Assembly (NCBI GenBank): GCA_977862235.1 | Contig: OZ374558.1 | Location: 1,922,001 to 1,986,000 of the forward strand | DNA from: Dudresnaya verticillata | Taxonomy: Eukaryota | Reading direction: 5' to 3' | Length of the DNA: 64,000 bases | Shown: one piece after another, positions 24,835-36,899 of the stretch | How the letters are laid out: each line of letters begins with the position of its first letter | How positions within the stretch are numbered: position 1 is the first letter of the stretch | Notes under the pieces: generated by a model | Seen by the model: the letters and a program-made list of their open reading frames with translations, nothing else | Database searches by the model: none | What the model was told of the DNA's origin: nothing | Program-made: the position numbers and the translations under genes

Positions 24835-27800
24835 TGGCTTCGTTGTTGACCTCACAGATACTAAGCGGTTTAACAGTGATATCTGGATCAAGTCTCCAGT
24901 CGCTACCGGGATATTGTCCGGCACTTGGTGAGAAAGTTTGGATACTGTTTGTTTGTAGTACTACGCCATCAGGTTGCTCTTGTGATTCCTTTCGTCGAAG
25001 CAGACGCACTCCAAACCAGCATGATTAAACTAATACTAAGGTACCACTCCTGTCGGTATCCGCACTAAATCTCGAGCGGCACGTTACCCATGCCCATATA
25101 CTAACGAACTCGGCAGTCTTTCCCCTCCAACAATAACCGCAACCGCTCCTGCCCGCTCGGAGCACAACACTGCCGAACTCCGGCGTGACCTCCGTCATCT
25201 CCGCCGCTTATCATTTCTATCTACTGAGGCTAAGCGCGACCAACTATGCATGGAAGTCTATTTTGACGATCCAGCCTTTGCAAATCGCGCCTGTCCCAAG
25301 GCTTTGAAGTCTCTATGGTCAGTCTCCGTTCTCCCCACCTTCGCTCAGCTCGCTCCTCCCTAGGGCGCTATTGCGTTACGGGAAAAAGGCGAAACGCATA
25401 CACTATCGCCTGTTATGTCCCCACAATGACATCGACTTTCATCCTATGGCCATGGATACCTACGCCTTCATTTTCTCTGGTATTCCACTGTCGTGCCCAA
25501 CGGATCGCCAACTTCAAGCCGACCAAAAAGGGCACTTCTCTGATGAATACAGTTAACTTTGGCCTCGTTCGTTCATCGATTTCAAGTCTTCCACGACGTA
25601 AACCGCTAACCGTAAGACGTAAAACGTAAGGCGCAAACCGTAAACATAGACTGTTCACAACAGAGAGCGAGGGCTTTCAGACCGGATCTTGCTTTCAGAC
25701 GACCTTCTGGAGAAGGTTGTCCATGCTGTAGCACCATCAATCTTCGTTGTCCTAGGGGCTGTCTGGGCGTCGTGTGCACAGACAAGAATGCTACGAGAGG
25801 CTATGCGCAAGGCCACTTTTCTGTTTGTAGCACAGCGGACAGCGGACATTGCGCAAAGAAGGATAAAAGTACGTAATTTGCATACAGTGGCACATCAACG
25901 CTTTGGGTATCTGGTACCGTCGCCGTACCGTCGTGGTCTCGTCATGGTCCCGTCGTGGTCTCGTCATGGTCCCGCCATGGTCCCGCCATGGTACACCGCC
26001 ATGGTACCGTCGTCGCCCCGTCGTCGCCCCGTCGTCGCCCCGTCGTCGCCCCTTCATCGTCCAATCGTCGTCCCGTCGTCGTCGCGTCGTCGTCTCGTCG
26101 TCATTCAATCGTGGTCCACTCGTCGTCCAGTCGGCAGTGATGGCCATAGCGGCGTTTTACAGCGTTAACGGCGACGAGCACTCTGAATGTTTCTCTTCTC
26201 TGACACCGGCACGGCTGAAAGTGCCTCAATGGAGTGGAAAAGCCTCGAAAAGACGAAATGGCGTGCGTCTTGGCACCGAAACGGCCCGGCGTCTAGGCCC
26301 GTCGATGTCCAGCCGTTCTGTGTGTACTTGAGCGTACACGACCCGACTGACTTCAACCGACTGTGTATCCCATCAGCCACCACGATGAACACGTCCGCTC
26401 AACCACCTGGGATCTAGCACTGGAACAGGCTGCGGCAGGTTGTACAGCGTGTTACACGCGTTGACTGCGCAATTGACAGCGCAGCTGATGGCACATGGCA
26501 ACGCTGGCGACGCAGCTGACGGCGCTCTTGCCACTACGCTCTGCACAACTTGGTAACGTCACCAAGGCGATGAAGCACACATCTCGGGTTCTCTATGTGA
26601 GGTTTCGTCACTTCTCCGGTGTCACAAAATGGAACCGGCAAAATATGTTTGCAATGTTGTGGAGTGAGCGTCTAGCTACCAAACTGCTGTGTATGCAAGA
26701 GCACTCTGTATTGACTGGTACGCCTTAAACCTGCACGCGGTTCGTTCCCAAGGAATGCCAAACTCTGGTACCAGCACATTCGACAGCTCAAGAGCCAGGG
26801 CCCTTATGCGATGCGAGGGGTTCATACTGTTATACTCTCACGCTGCGCGTAGCTTATGAGGCCTTCCGTGATCAGTCAAGACTCGCATGGTCTCATCTTT
26901 TGTAGCGCGTCAATGCATTGTTCATGTGGACAGTTTTCAAATGGACATTGTTCACATGGAAATAGGGGCAGGGCTTCTACCAGCCAAATAAACCGCTAAT
27001 ATTGGAACCCCATTGTTCCATCTCTTTCAAGATTGCATAGTCCTATCCATCTCATCGACCTCAGCGACCTGAAGAACGTAAATATTGTGTTGCATCGATT
27101 AGAGGTCCTCGTTTCAATATTATTTCAATTCGTGACCCGCTCTGTGCACACCCACATACCTCAGGATATAGCCAACTTTCAAACATAGATATTGGATATC
27201 ACAATACCACTTACTAATACTTTCATGCCCCATTGCGCCGACCACGTGCCAGGGTGCCAATTGCCAAAGGTCAAACATACAATAGCTGCAGCTGGCGGAC
27301 GATCTGAGTTAAACAAGGCACGCAACTGCATGACGAACTGGCGACGTTGCTGTCTCCTGAGCCCTACGCCCACTACGTTCTACGGTTGCGCGAGGATGGC
27401 CCCAGCCAGATGAATAGCGATACGCTTCGGGAGTTGCTCTACATACAAATCTTCTAGGATCTAGACCACCTCTGAACCGAAGCTGAGAGTCATATGCAGA
27501 AACGCGCTCCATGTTGCAGATCGCGCAGATCCCATACTCGGCCATGAGAGCGGAATCTTAAGTATGGCACAACGTTTGAACGCATGACGGCGACGGCGAT
27601 GATATATTTAGAATCGAACGGATCCCGTTTTCCGCTTGTGGCACAGTGCTCTCCGCAATGTTGCAGCGAAGAATGTGCTGCCGGATATCTTTCGAAAACG
27701 GAGTAGTTTTGTGGAACTTTCCGGCAGCGTCACAATTTCCTAAGACACGGCCAAAAGTAAATCAGAAATTCGTCTTGTACCCTGTTCTAGCACATCATGT

Positions 27801-30156
27801 AAGTTTGGGGACGGTGCAGTGCCGCAAGCTGGAAACATGACGAGCGGCGCATTGCGTGAGCGAAAATGTGAGCATTGTCGGGACGTGCGAGATGAGACGA
27901 GCCTCGCATGACCGCGCCGCCAGTACCTTCGAAGGTACACCGCACCTCAACGGGATGCTTTCCTGAGATATGCAAGCCTTGTCGTCCTTATCGCGTTGAA
28001 GGCCCACAGTGGCATTCACATGCAGTCCAGTTTTCAACCTGTCTAATAGGCACTGTCAGGTCGTTCACAGAGCAAGGAGCCACCATGAAGATGGAACAGT
28101 GTGTGAGAACGTCGCCCTGCATGATTCAAACCACCCATAGTTCGTGAAAGAGCACGAGCGTGGCAACGTATAGAAGGAGGGGCGTTGGGCCTTCGCCAAG
28201 GTGGTGATGAATCGAACGCTACGCTTTGACTCTACCGCAGAGCCCCAAGAATATTCTTCGGTATGTTTTTCTGGTGCACGTTGTATTCCAAACGTACCAA
28301 AACCCGAACACTGCCGTTCGCATTATCCTTGATAGGAAATCCCGGCGACCTGGAGGTGAGCAGGTTGGTTGACACAGCTGAGGATCGAGCAGGTTGAAAT
28401 GTGTTTCGCTCAAAGAAGACCGGTACAAGCAGCCTTCAAAGACCGGTTTTGTCCGGGAAGCGGCAGCGGTTCTGGACGGCGTGACCTTTGTTACATATTA
28501 AAGGCCGTCCCCTCTTCAACCTTGTACGGTCGGCGTGTAGTGGGTCATACAACCACATCTCTATGTCGACGTTGCTCACCGAATGCCTTCTTCATCATTC
28601 GAACACCATAGCCGTACAGAGCTTTGCACGAGCCGTCGAAACAGAATTGCACGGATCGCCTGTCGAAGAATCAAGAACGGCACCTACTTCGAATTCCATT
28701 CCTTCTGTCTATATCAACTGAACCTCACTAGTCGACATGAAAGTATCGGTAACATATGTTTTTCTGATTGCTTTCCATATCTTAATGACGCCGGACAACG
28801 GTCTAGTACAGTTAGAGTTAGACTTTCTGCATCGTTCCTTCCTCCTGAATTCTGTAACAGAGTGTTTGCCAATCGTGGAATGGGCCTGGTCCTCCGAACC
28901 TGCTGGAGATCCCTACAAAACCTAAATAAAGCTCTACTAATATCAACGCAATGTGGCTGAGCAAGCTGTTAAAGAGTCCACCCTTCCGCTGCCGAAACAC
29001 CCCCGACCACTGATGGGCTTCCTACTGCCATGATGAACACAAAAGAATAAAGCTGTGCTACTTGAGTGAGTGCGTTGGGCCACAGCCCCGCGCTACTGGC
29101 GTCAACTGATCAGTCTATTCTCAAGATATCTACGATTTCCGGCGGGGAATTCGGCTGTAGATGCCGAAACACATACACCCAAAGCTTTGGTTGAGTACAT
29201 TCTAATATCACTACGCTTTGCACAATTTTGGTAGCGTGGCAGCATAACTAAGAAGCAGATGCGGGAGGAGCTCAACAATTAACATTGTAGCACTAATCGA
29301 CTATAGATTAACTTGTCTCACCCCGTTTCGCTTCTCCCTGTTGTGAACACTCTTGTGGATATCTGCTTATGTTTGTTTTGTAAATCTCACTGTGTTTGGA
29401 GCGCTAGCTGCTCTCGATCTCGTGTAGATCGCTTTACTCTTCTGTTGCCACTGGGAGCGCGGCCACTACCTCTGCGATCGGTGTGAGGACGAATCCCAGA
29501 TGTTTGGTTGAGAACGAATGGTTTATGAATGGTCTATGACGCTTGCGTTGAGAGGGTTGGAGGTGGGCGGCATGCTCGCTCAAAAGTTCACGCTTCGTGT
29601 TAAAGCTTCGCTGGGTAAGGAGAGGGGGTTGGGGACGGCGATTGGGAAGGTTCGTAAATGCCACCTCACTGCGAGCTTCCGCTCGCGGTTATCGGCAAGT
29701 CGGAGGGTGGAAGGCAGGGTATGCCTGGACAATACGGGTGCGCTTCGCGGGCCTGCCAGGGACGTTTACCATTCGGCTCAGATGGAGGCTGGAATGTCGG
29801 CATAGCGTGAGGGGCAGCGGAGGTATTCCTGGAGTATCGATAAGGGGAGCATATGGACAGCGTTGCGTTGATTGTTTGCTGTGTGTGCCGGCAGGCAGGC
29901 GGCAGTGGGCTTGCGCGAGCGCGCGAGTTTCCGCAGTCCTGCGGATAGCTTGTGTTGGATGGATACCGCGGTTTGCCCTTTGCCTCGGGGACCGGAAGGC
30001 TGGATCGTGGACAAACGCCTTTTTTTACGGCTAGCTCAGGCCAGGGCATTGGATGACTTGGAGTTCTGCAGAGTATCAGAAACTGGCGCGAAAAGTTTGC
30101 CGTGGAAACTCGAGAACAAATTCGTCGGCCGCTTCCAGTCTTGACGAAACGCCCGC

Positions 30157-31266
30157 ATGCCGGGAAAGTCTCTTAACACGTTTATGGACCTTTCCGCCCA
30201 TCTGCGTTGCTTTTCCGCACCCCTGCTACATCAACCTGCTACATTCGCCCACCGTTTTCTCTCTCACAGACCTCCTCTCCCTTTCCACGCAGCCTCCGCT
30301 CGAGTCGCACGTCAGTTGGCGTATCAACCCATCGGTCCCAAACTGTTCCCAGCCTGCAACCAAACCACCGCCGACAAGATGAACTCCCTTGCAAAGGCCG
30401 GCCCTGGTCACCCGCAAACAACTGCGATCACCGGGCCTGGACCAAAGCCTCAGCAACGCCGTTCCGCCAAGCCCAAGAAGGAGACCTCGTATCTCGACAA
30501 AAGGGCATCGAGCAAGGTCTGTTCAGGCCAAACGGAGCTCACAGCACGGGTGCCCGCTGCGCTTGAGCATTCTGATGCATCACGTGCTCAGAAGGATAGT
30601 GTGGCCAGTAATGAGGGCGGCAAACTTCAGCAAAAGCGTCGCTCTTGTAGAGAGGCATACAAACTTGTGGGCTTCCGTCTACCCGAGAAACGACTTCCGA
30701 TGCCTGATCCGCTCCCTCTCAAGCCCGTTGTGCGTTTCGCAAAGCCCAGCAGCAAAATTCTGTGGTCCGTGATTCGAGACGACGAGTGCAAGTTGGAGGA
30801 GTTGTTCAAGCGACTTTCCAACCGTCCAGTCTACAACCCCGAAGCGCAAAGGCAGGTTCTCGACATCAGTAAGAAATGCTTCGACGCTGTGTCCCAACGC
30901 CGTGAAGTTATCAAAGGGGAGCTTAAGGCGTACCAAGAGAAGCTCGGGGTTGTCTGCGATCGGGAGACGAACGCAAACACAAGCGGTAACAAGAAGAGCT
31001 CGAATTCGTGGCAGGTAGTCGAGGAGCGATCATCTGCCACGAAAACCAAGAGGATCGAAGAGGACATTGGGCATCTCCAGAGGATTCTCCGGGAACAGGA
31101 CGGATTGTACCACTCCATTCGATACCAGCGTTGGGATGTAAAGCGCGAGATTGGAGTCGTTAAGAGAAGAATTTGGGATGCTTGCAAGAGGCATTGGAAA
31201 GCTCAAAATGCCTGGTTTCTCAATGAAAGGATCTTCAGCGCTCAGAGAAGCATGGGGAAGAAGTGA
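30157..31266 (+). CDS. Hypothetical protein, diverged copy
   Basis: Same length, multiple substitutions, no stop or indel. Confidence 0.55.
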   Translation: MPGKSLNTFMDLSAHLRCFSAPLLHQPATFAHRFLSHRPPLPFHAASARVARQLAYQPIGPKLFPACNQTTADKMNSLAKAGPGHPQTTAITGPGPKPQQRRSAKPKKETSYLDKRASSKVCSGQTELTARVPAALEHSDASRAQKDSVASNEGGKLQQKRRSCREAYKLVGFRLPEKRLPMPDPLPLKPVVRFAKPSSKILWSVIRDDECKLEELFKRLSNRPVYNPEAQRQVLDISKKCFDAVSQRREVIKGELKAYQEKLGVVCDRETNANTSGNKKSSNSWQVVEERSSATKTKRIEEDIGHLQRILREQDGLYHSIRYQRWDVKREIGVVKRRIWDACKRHWKAQNAWFLNERIFSAQRSMGKK

Positions 31267-32574
31267 TGGCTTCGTTGTTGACCTCGAAGATACTAAGCGG
31301 TTTAACAGTGGTATCTGGATCAAGTCTCCAGTCGCCACCGGGATATTATCCGGCACTTGGTGAGAAAGTTTGGATACTGTTTGTTTGTAGTACTACGCCA
31401 TCAGGTTGCTCTTGTGATTCCTTTCGTCGAAGCAGACGCACTCAAAACCAGCATGATTAAACTAATACTAAGGTACCACTCCTGTCGGTATCCGCTCTAA
31501 ATCTCGAGCGGCACGTTACCCATGCCCATATACTAACGAACTCGGCAGTCTTTCCCCTCCAGTAATACCCGCAACCGCTCCTACCCGCTCGGAGCACAAC
31601 ACTGCCGAACGCCGGCGTGACCTCCGTCATCTCCGCCGCTCATCATTTCTATCTACTGAGGCTAAGCGCGACCAACTATGCATGGAAGCCTATTTTGACG
31701 ATCCAGCCTTTGCAAATCGCGCCTGTCTCAAGGCTTTGAAGTCTCTATGGCCAGTCTCCGTTCTCTCCACCTTCGCTCAGCTCGCTCCTCCCTAGGGCGC
31801 TATTGCGTTACGGGAAAAGGCGAAACGCATACACTATCGCCGGTTATGTCCCCACAATGACATCGACTTTCATCCTATGGCCATGGATACCTACGCCTTC
31901 ATGTTCTCTGATATTCGACTGTCGTGCCCAACGGATCGCCAACTTCATGGTGGCCAAAAAGGGTACTTCTCTGATGAATAAAGTTAACTTTGGCCTCGTT
32001 CGTTCATCGATTTCAAGTCTTCCACGACGGAAACCGCAAACCGTAAGGCGTAAACCGTAAGGCGCAAACCGTAAACATAGACTGTTCACAAGAGAGCGAG
32101 GGCTTTCAGACCGTATCTTGGTTTTGAGACGACCTTTTGGAGAAGGTTGTCCACGCTGTAGCACCATCAATCTTCGTCGTGCTAGGGGCTGTCTGGGCGT
32201 CGTGTGCACAGACAAGAATGCTACGAGAGGCTATGCGCAAGGCCACTTTTCTGTTTGTAGCACAGCGGACAGCGGACATTGCGCAAAGAAGGATAAAAGT
32301 ACGTAATTTGCATACAGTGGCACATCAACGCTTTACGTATCTGGTACCGTCGCCGTACCGTGGTGGTCCCGTCATGGTCCCGTCATGGCCCCGTCATGGT
32401 ACCGCCATGGTACCTTCGTCTTCGCGCCATGGTACCTTCGTCGTCCCGTCGTCGTCCCATCGTCGTCCCGTCGTCGTCCCGTCGTCGTCCCGTCGTCGTC
32501 CCGTCGTCGTCCCGGTAAGTTTGCTACAGGACACAGCAGGTTCTACAGCGTCTTACAAGAATTCAAGGCGCAAA

Positions 32575-32670
32575 TGACGGCTCAGCTGATGGAACAGCTG
32601 ACGACGCAGCTAATGGTGCAGCTGATGGCACAGCTGAAGACGCAGCTGACGACGCCAGCAGCTGACGGCG
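32575..32670 (+). repeat. 12-bp minisatellite (GCAGCTGATGGC-like); shorter versions at ~11875-11930 and ~34300-34365
   Basis: Read directly; translates as MTAQLMEQLTTQLMVQLMAQL. Confidence 0.8.
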
Positions 32671-32991
32671 CACCGTTAATCGCCATTTCCGATTACATTT
32701 CTACGTCCGCTGGCTGGTTGCATCGAGCGACTGTAACAGAACCTGCACAAACGGAGCTTTCATCGCTTTGCGCATCACGACCAATGCGTACAGCTCTAAT
32801 TGCACGCTTCGTCGAACTGTGAAGGCCGTGTTTACCATATGTGTATAATTGTTCAACGCAGATAAACGGAAGTAGAACGGATCCGTTTCGATTTTCTACT
32901 GCTGTTGGCGACCTAACACGAGCAGCTTTGCTCGCAGCAACGCGTGTAACGCGAATGTGTTCATCCAGGACGCTGACTGTCGCTGTGCCAT

Positions 32992-33011
32992 TTAATAAAG
33001 GTCTCCTCCTC
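32992..33011 (+). mobile_element. 20-bp micro-insertion of the RLE-element 3' terminus with a 9-bp TSD
   Basis: CTGTGCCAT-[TTAATAAAGGTCTCCTCCTC]-CTGTGCCAT (repeats at 32983-32991 and 33012-33020). Confidence 0.7.
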
Positions 33012-36000
33012 CTGTGCCATGTTGCTACGGAAATGCCACCATTTTAGTCGCCACGCACTGCGCCAGTCGTCGCCAGTCAATCGCGCCGCAATCACACTAC
33101 CGTCAAAGCATAGAAAGCAGAGAAAGCATAGTACCGTTGCGAGCCGCCTGACCAGTGCTCTTCGCAGCAAGCGCTATCGCAGCCCCTTCTGGTTACCGAC
33201 GCCCCCGACGCGTACGAACAATGCGCAAATCCGTTGCTGGCATGACACGTTAAGTGACAACCATATGTGAACACAGTCGCTACTGACTGTTATTGAATTT
33301 GGGAATGCTGCACATTGGCAACAGCATCCAATGATGGATCAAACGTTTTGGCCTCGTTCGTTCATCGAGTTCAAGTCTTCCACGACGTAAACCGCAAACA
33401 GTAAACCGTAAACCGTAAACCGTAAACATAGAATGTTCACAACAGAGAGCGATTGCCTTTCAGACCGGATCTTGCTTTGAGACGACCTTTTGGAGAAGGT
33501 TGTCCACGCTGTAGCACCATCAATCTTCGTCGTGCTAGGGGCTGTCTGGGCGTGGTGTGCAAAGACAAGAATGCTTCGACAGGCCATGCGCAAGGCCACT
33601 TTTCTGTTTGTAGCACAGCAGACAGCGGACATTGCGCAAAGAAGGATAAAAGTACGTAATTTGCATACAGTGGCACATCAACGCTTTACGTATCTGGTAC
33701 CGTCGCCGTACCGTGGTGGTCCCGTCATGGTCCCGTCATGGCCCCGTCATGGTACCGCCATGGTACCTTCGTCTTCGCGCCATGGTACCTTCGTCGTCCC
33801 GTCGTCGTCCCATCGTCGTCCCGTCGTCGTCCCGTCGTCGTCCCGTCGTCGTCCCATCGTCGTCCCGTCGTCGCCCCGTCGTCGCCCCGTCGTCGCCCCG
33901 TCGTCGCCCCGTCGTCGACGCGTCGTCGTCTCGTCGTCGTTCAATCGTCGTCCACTCGTCGTCCAGTCGGCAGTGATGGCCATGGCGGCGTTTTACAGCG
34001 TTAACGGCGACGAGAACTCTGAATGTTTCTCTTCTCTGACACCGGCATGCCTGAGAGTGCCTCAATGGAGTGGAAAGAGCCTCGAAAAGACGAAATGGCG
34101 TGCGTCCTGGCACCGAAACGGCCCGGCGTCTAGGCCCGTCGATGTCCAGACGTTCTGTGTGTACTTGAGCGTACTCGACCCGACCGACTTCAACCGACTG
34201 TGTATCCCATCAGCCACCACGATGAACACGTCCGCTCAACCACCTGGGATCTAGCACTGGAACAGGCTGCGGCAGGTTGTACAGCGTGTTACAAGCGTTG
34301 ACTGCGCAATTGACAGCGCAGCTGATGGCACAGCTGATGGCAACGCTGGCGACGCATCTGACGGCGCTCTTGCCACTACACTCTGCACAACTTGGTAACG
34401 TCACCAAGGCGATGAAGCACACATCTCGGGTTCTCTATGTGAGGTTTCGTCACTTCTCCGGTGTCACAAGATGGAACTGGCAAAATATCTTTGCAATGTT
34501 GTGGAGTGAGCGTCTAGCTACCAAACTGCTGTGTATGCAAGAGCACTCTGTGTTGACTGGTACGCCTTAAACCTGCACGCGGTTCGTTCCCAAGGAATGC
34601 CAAACTCTGGTATCAGCACATTCTACAGCTCAAGAGCCGGGACCCTTATGCGATGCGAGGGGTTCATACTGTTATACTCTCACGCTGCGCTTAGCTTATG
34701 AGGCCTTCCGTGATCAGTCAAGACTCACATGGTCTCATTTGTTGTAGCGCGTCAATGCATTGTTCATGTGGCCAGTTTTAAAATGGACATTGTTCACATG
34801 GAAATAGGGGCAGGGCTTCTACCAGCCAAATACACCGCTAATATTGGAACCCCATTGTTCCATCTCTTTCAAGATTGCATAATCGTATCCATCTAATCGA
34901 CCTCAGCGACCTGAAGAACGTAAATATTGTGTTGCATCGATTAGAGGTCCTCGTTTCAATATTATTTCAATTCGTGACCCGCTCTGTGCACACCCACATA
35001 CCTCAGGATATAGCCAACTTTCAAACATAGATATTGGATATCACAATACCACTTACTAATACTTTCATGCCCCATTGCGCCGACCACGTGCCAGGGCGCC
35101 AATTTCCAAAAGGTCAAGCATACAATAGCTGCAGCTGGCGGACGATCTGAGCTAAACAAGGCACGCAACTGCGCGACGAACTGGCGACGTTGCCGCCTCC
35201 TGAGCTCTACGCCCACTACGTTCTACGCTTGCGCGAGGATGGCCCCAGCCAGATGAATAGCGATACGCTTCGAGAGTGGCTCTACATACAAATCTTCTAG
35301 GATCTAGACCACCTCTGAACCGACGCTGAGAGTCATATGCAGAAACGCTCTCCAGGTTTGCAGATCGCGCAGATCCCGCACTCGGCCATGAGAGCGGAAT
35401 CTTAAGTATGGAACAACGTGTGAACGCATGACGGCGACGGCGATGATATATTGAGAATCGAACGGATCCCGTTTTCCGCTTGTGGCACAGTGCTCTCCGC
35501 AATGTTGCAGCGAAGAATGTGCTGCCGTATATCTTTCGAAAACGGAGTAGTTTTGTGGACCTTTCCGGCAGCGTCACAATTTCCTAAGACACGGCCAAAA
35601 GTAAATCAGAAATTCGTCTTGTACCCTGTTCTAGCACATCATGTAAGTTTGGGGACGGTGCAGTGCCGCAAGCTGGAAACATGACGAGCGGCGCATTGCG
35701 TGAGCGAAAATGTGAGCATTGCCGGGACGTGCGAGATGAGACGAGCCTCGCATGACCGCGCCGCCAGTACACCGCACCTCAACGGGATGCTTTCCTGAGA
35801 TATGCAAGTCTTGTCGTCCTTATCGCGTTGAAGGACCACAGTGGCATTCACATGCAGTCCAGTTTTCAACCTGTCTAATAGGCACTGTCATTCCGTTCAT
35901 GGAGCAAGGAGCCACCATGAAGATGGAACAGTGTGTGAGAACGTCGCCCTGCATGATTCAAACCACCCATAGTTCGTGAAAGAGCACGAGCGTGGCAACT

Positions 36001-36899
36001 TATTGAAGGAGGGGCGTTGGGTCTTCGCCAAGGTGGTGATGAATCGAACGCTACGCTGTGACTCTACCGCAGAGCCCCAAGAATATTCTTAGGTATGTTT
36101 TTCTGGTGCACGTTGTATTCCAAACGTACCAAAACCCGAACACTGCCGTTCGCATTATCCTTGATAGGAAATCCCGGCGACCTGGAGGTGAGCAGGTTGG
36201 TTGACACAGCTGAGGATCGAGCAGGTTGAAATGTGTTTCACTCAAAGAAGACCGGTACAAGCAGCCTTCAAAGACCGGTTTTGTTCCGGGAAGCGGCAGC
36301 GGTTCTGGACGGCGTGACCGATATTACAGGCCGTTCCCTCTTCACCCTTGTACGATCGGCGTGTAGTGGGTAATACAACCACATCTCTATGTCGGCGTTG
36401 CACACCGAACACCTTCTTCATCATTCCAACACCATAGCCGTATACAGCTTTGCACGAGCCGTCGAAACAGAATTGCACGGATCGCCTGTCGAACAATCAA
36501 GAACGGCACCTACTTCGAATTCCATTCCTTCTGTCTATATCAACTGAACCTCACTAGTCGACATGAAAGTATCGGTAACATATGTTTTTTTGATTGCTCT
36601 CCATATCTTAATGACGCCGGACAACGGTCTAGTACAGTTAGAGTTAGACTTTCTGCATCGTTCCTTCCTCCTGAATTCTGTAACAGAGTGTTTTGCCAAT
36701 CGTGGAATGGGCATGCTTGATCCTCCGAACCTGCTGGAGATCCTACAAAACCTAAATAAACCTCTACCAATATCAACGCAATGTAGTTGAGCAAGCTGTT
36801 AAAGAGTCCACCCTTCCGCAGCCGAAACACCCCCGACCACTGATGGGCTTGCTACTGCGATAACGAACACAAAAGAATAAAGCTGTGCTACTTGAGTGA

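Larger units (their letters stand above)
14018..28310. repeat. Segmental unit copy 2, with an extra 576-bp internal duplication
   Basis: Offset is +14017 up to ~19184, then +14593 (5350->19943, 9132->23725). It ends at an empty LINE site (~28310). Confidence 0.95.

Noticed and set aside
33490..34254. 254-aa ORF and related R/P/V/S-rich ORFs at 11.1-11.8 kb
   Set aside because: Largely translation of a stop-poor 11-bp minisatellite; the frame is not conserved between copies.
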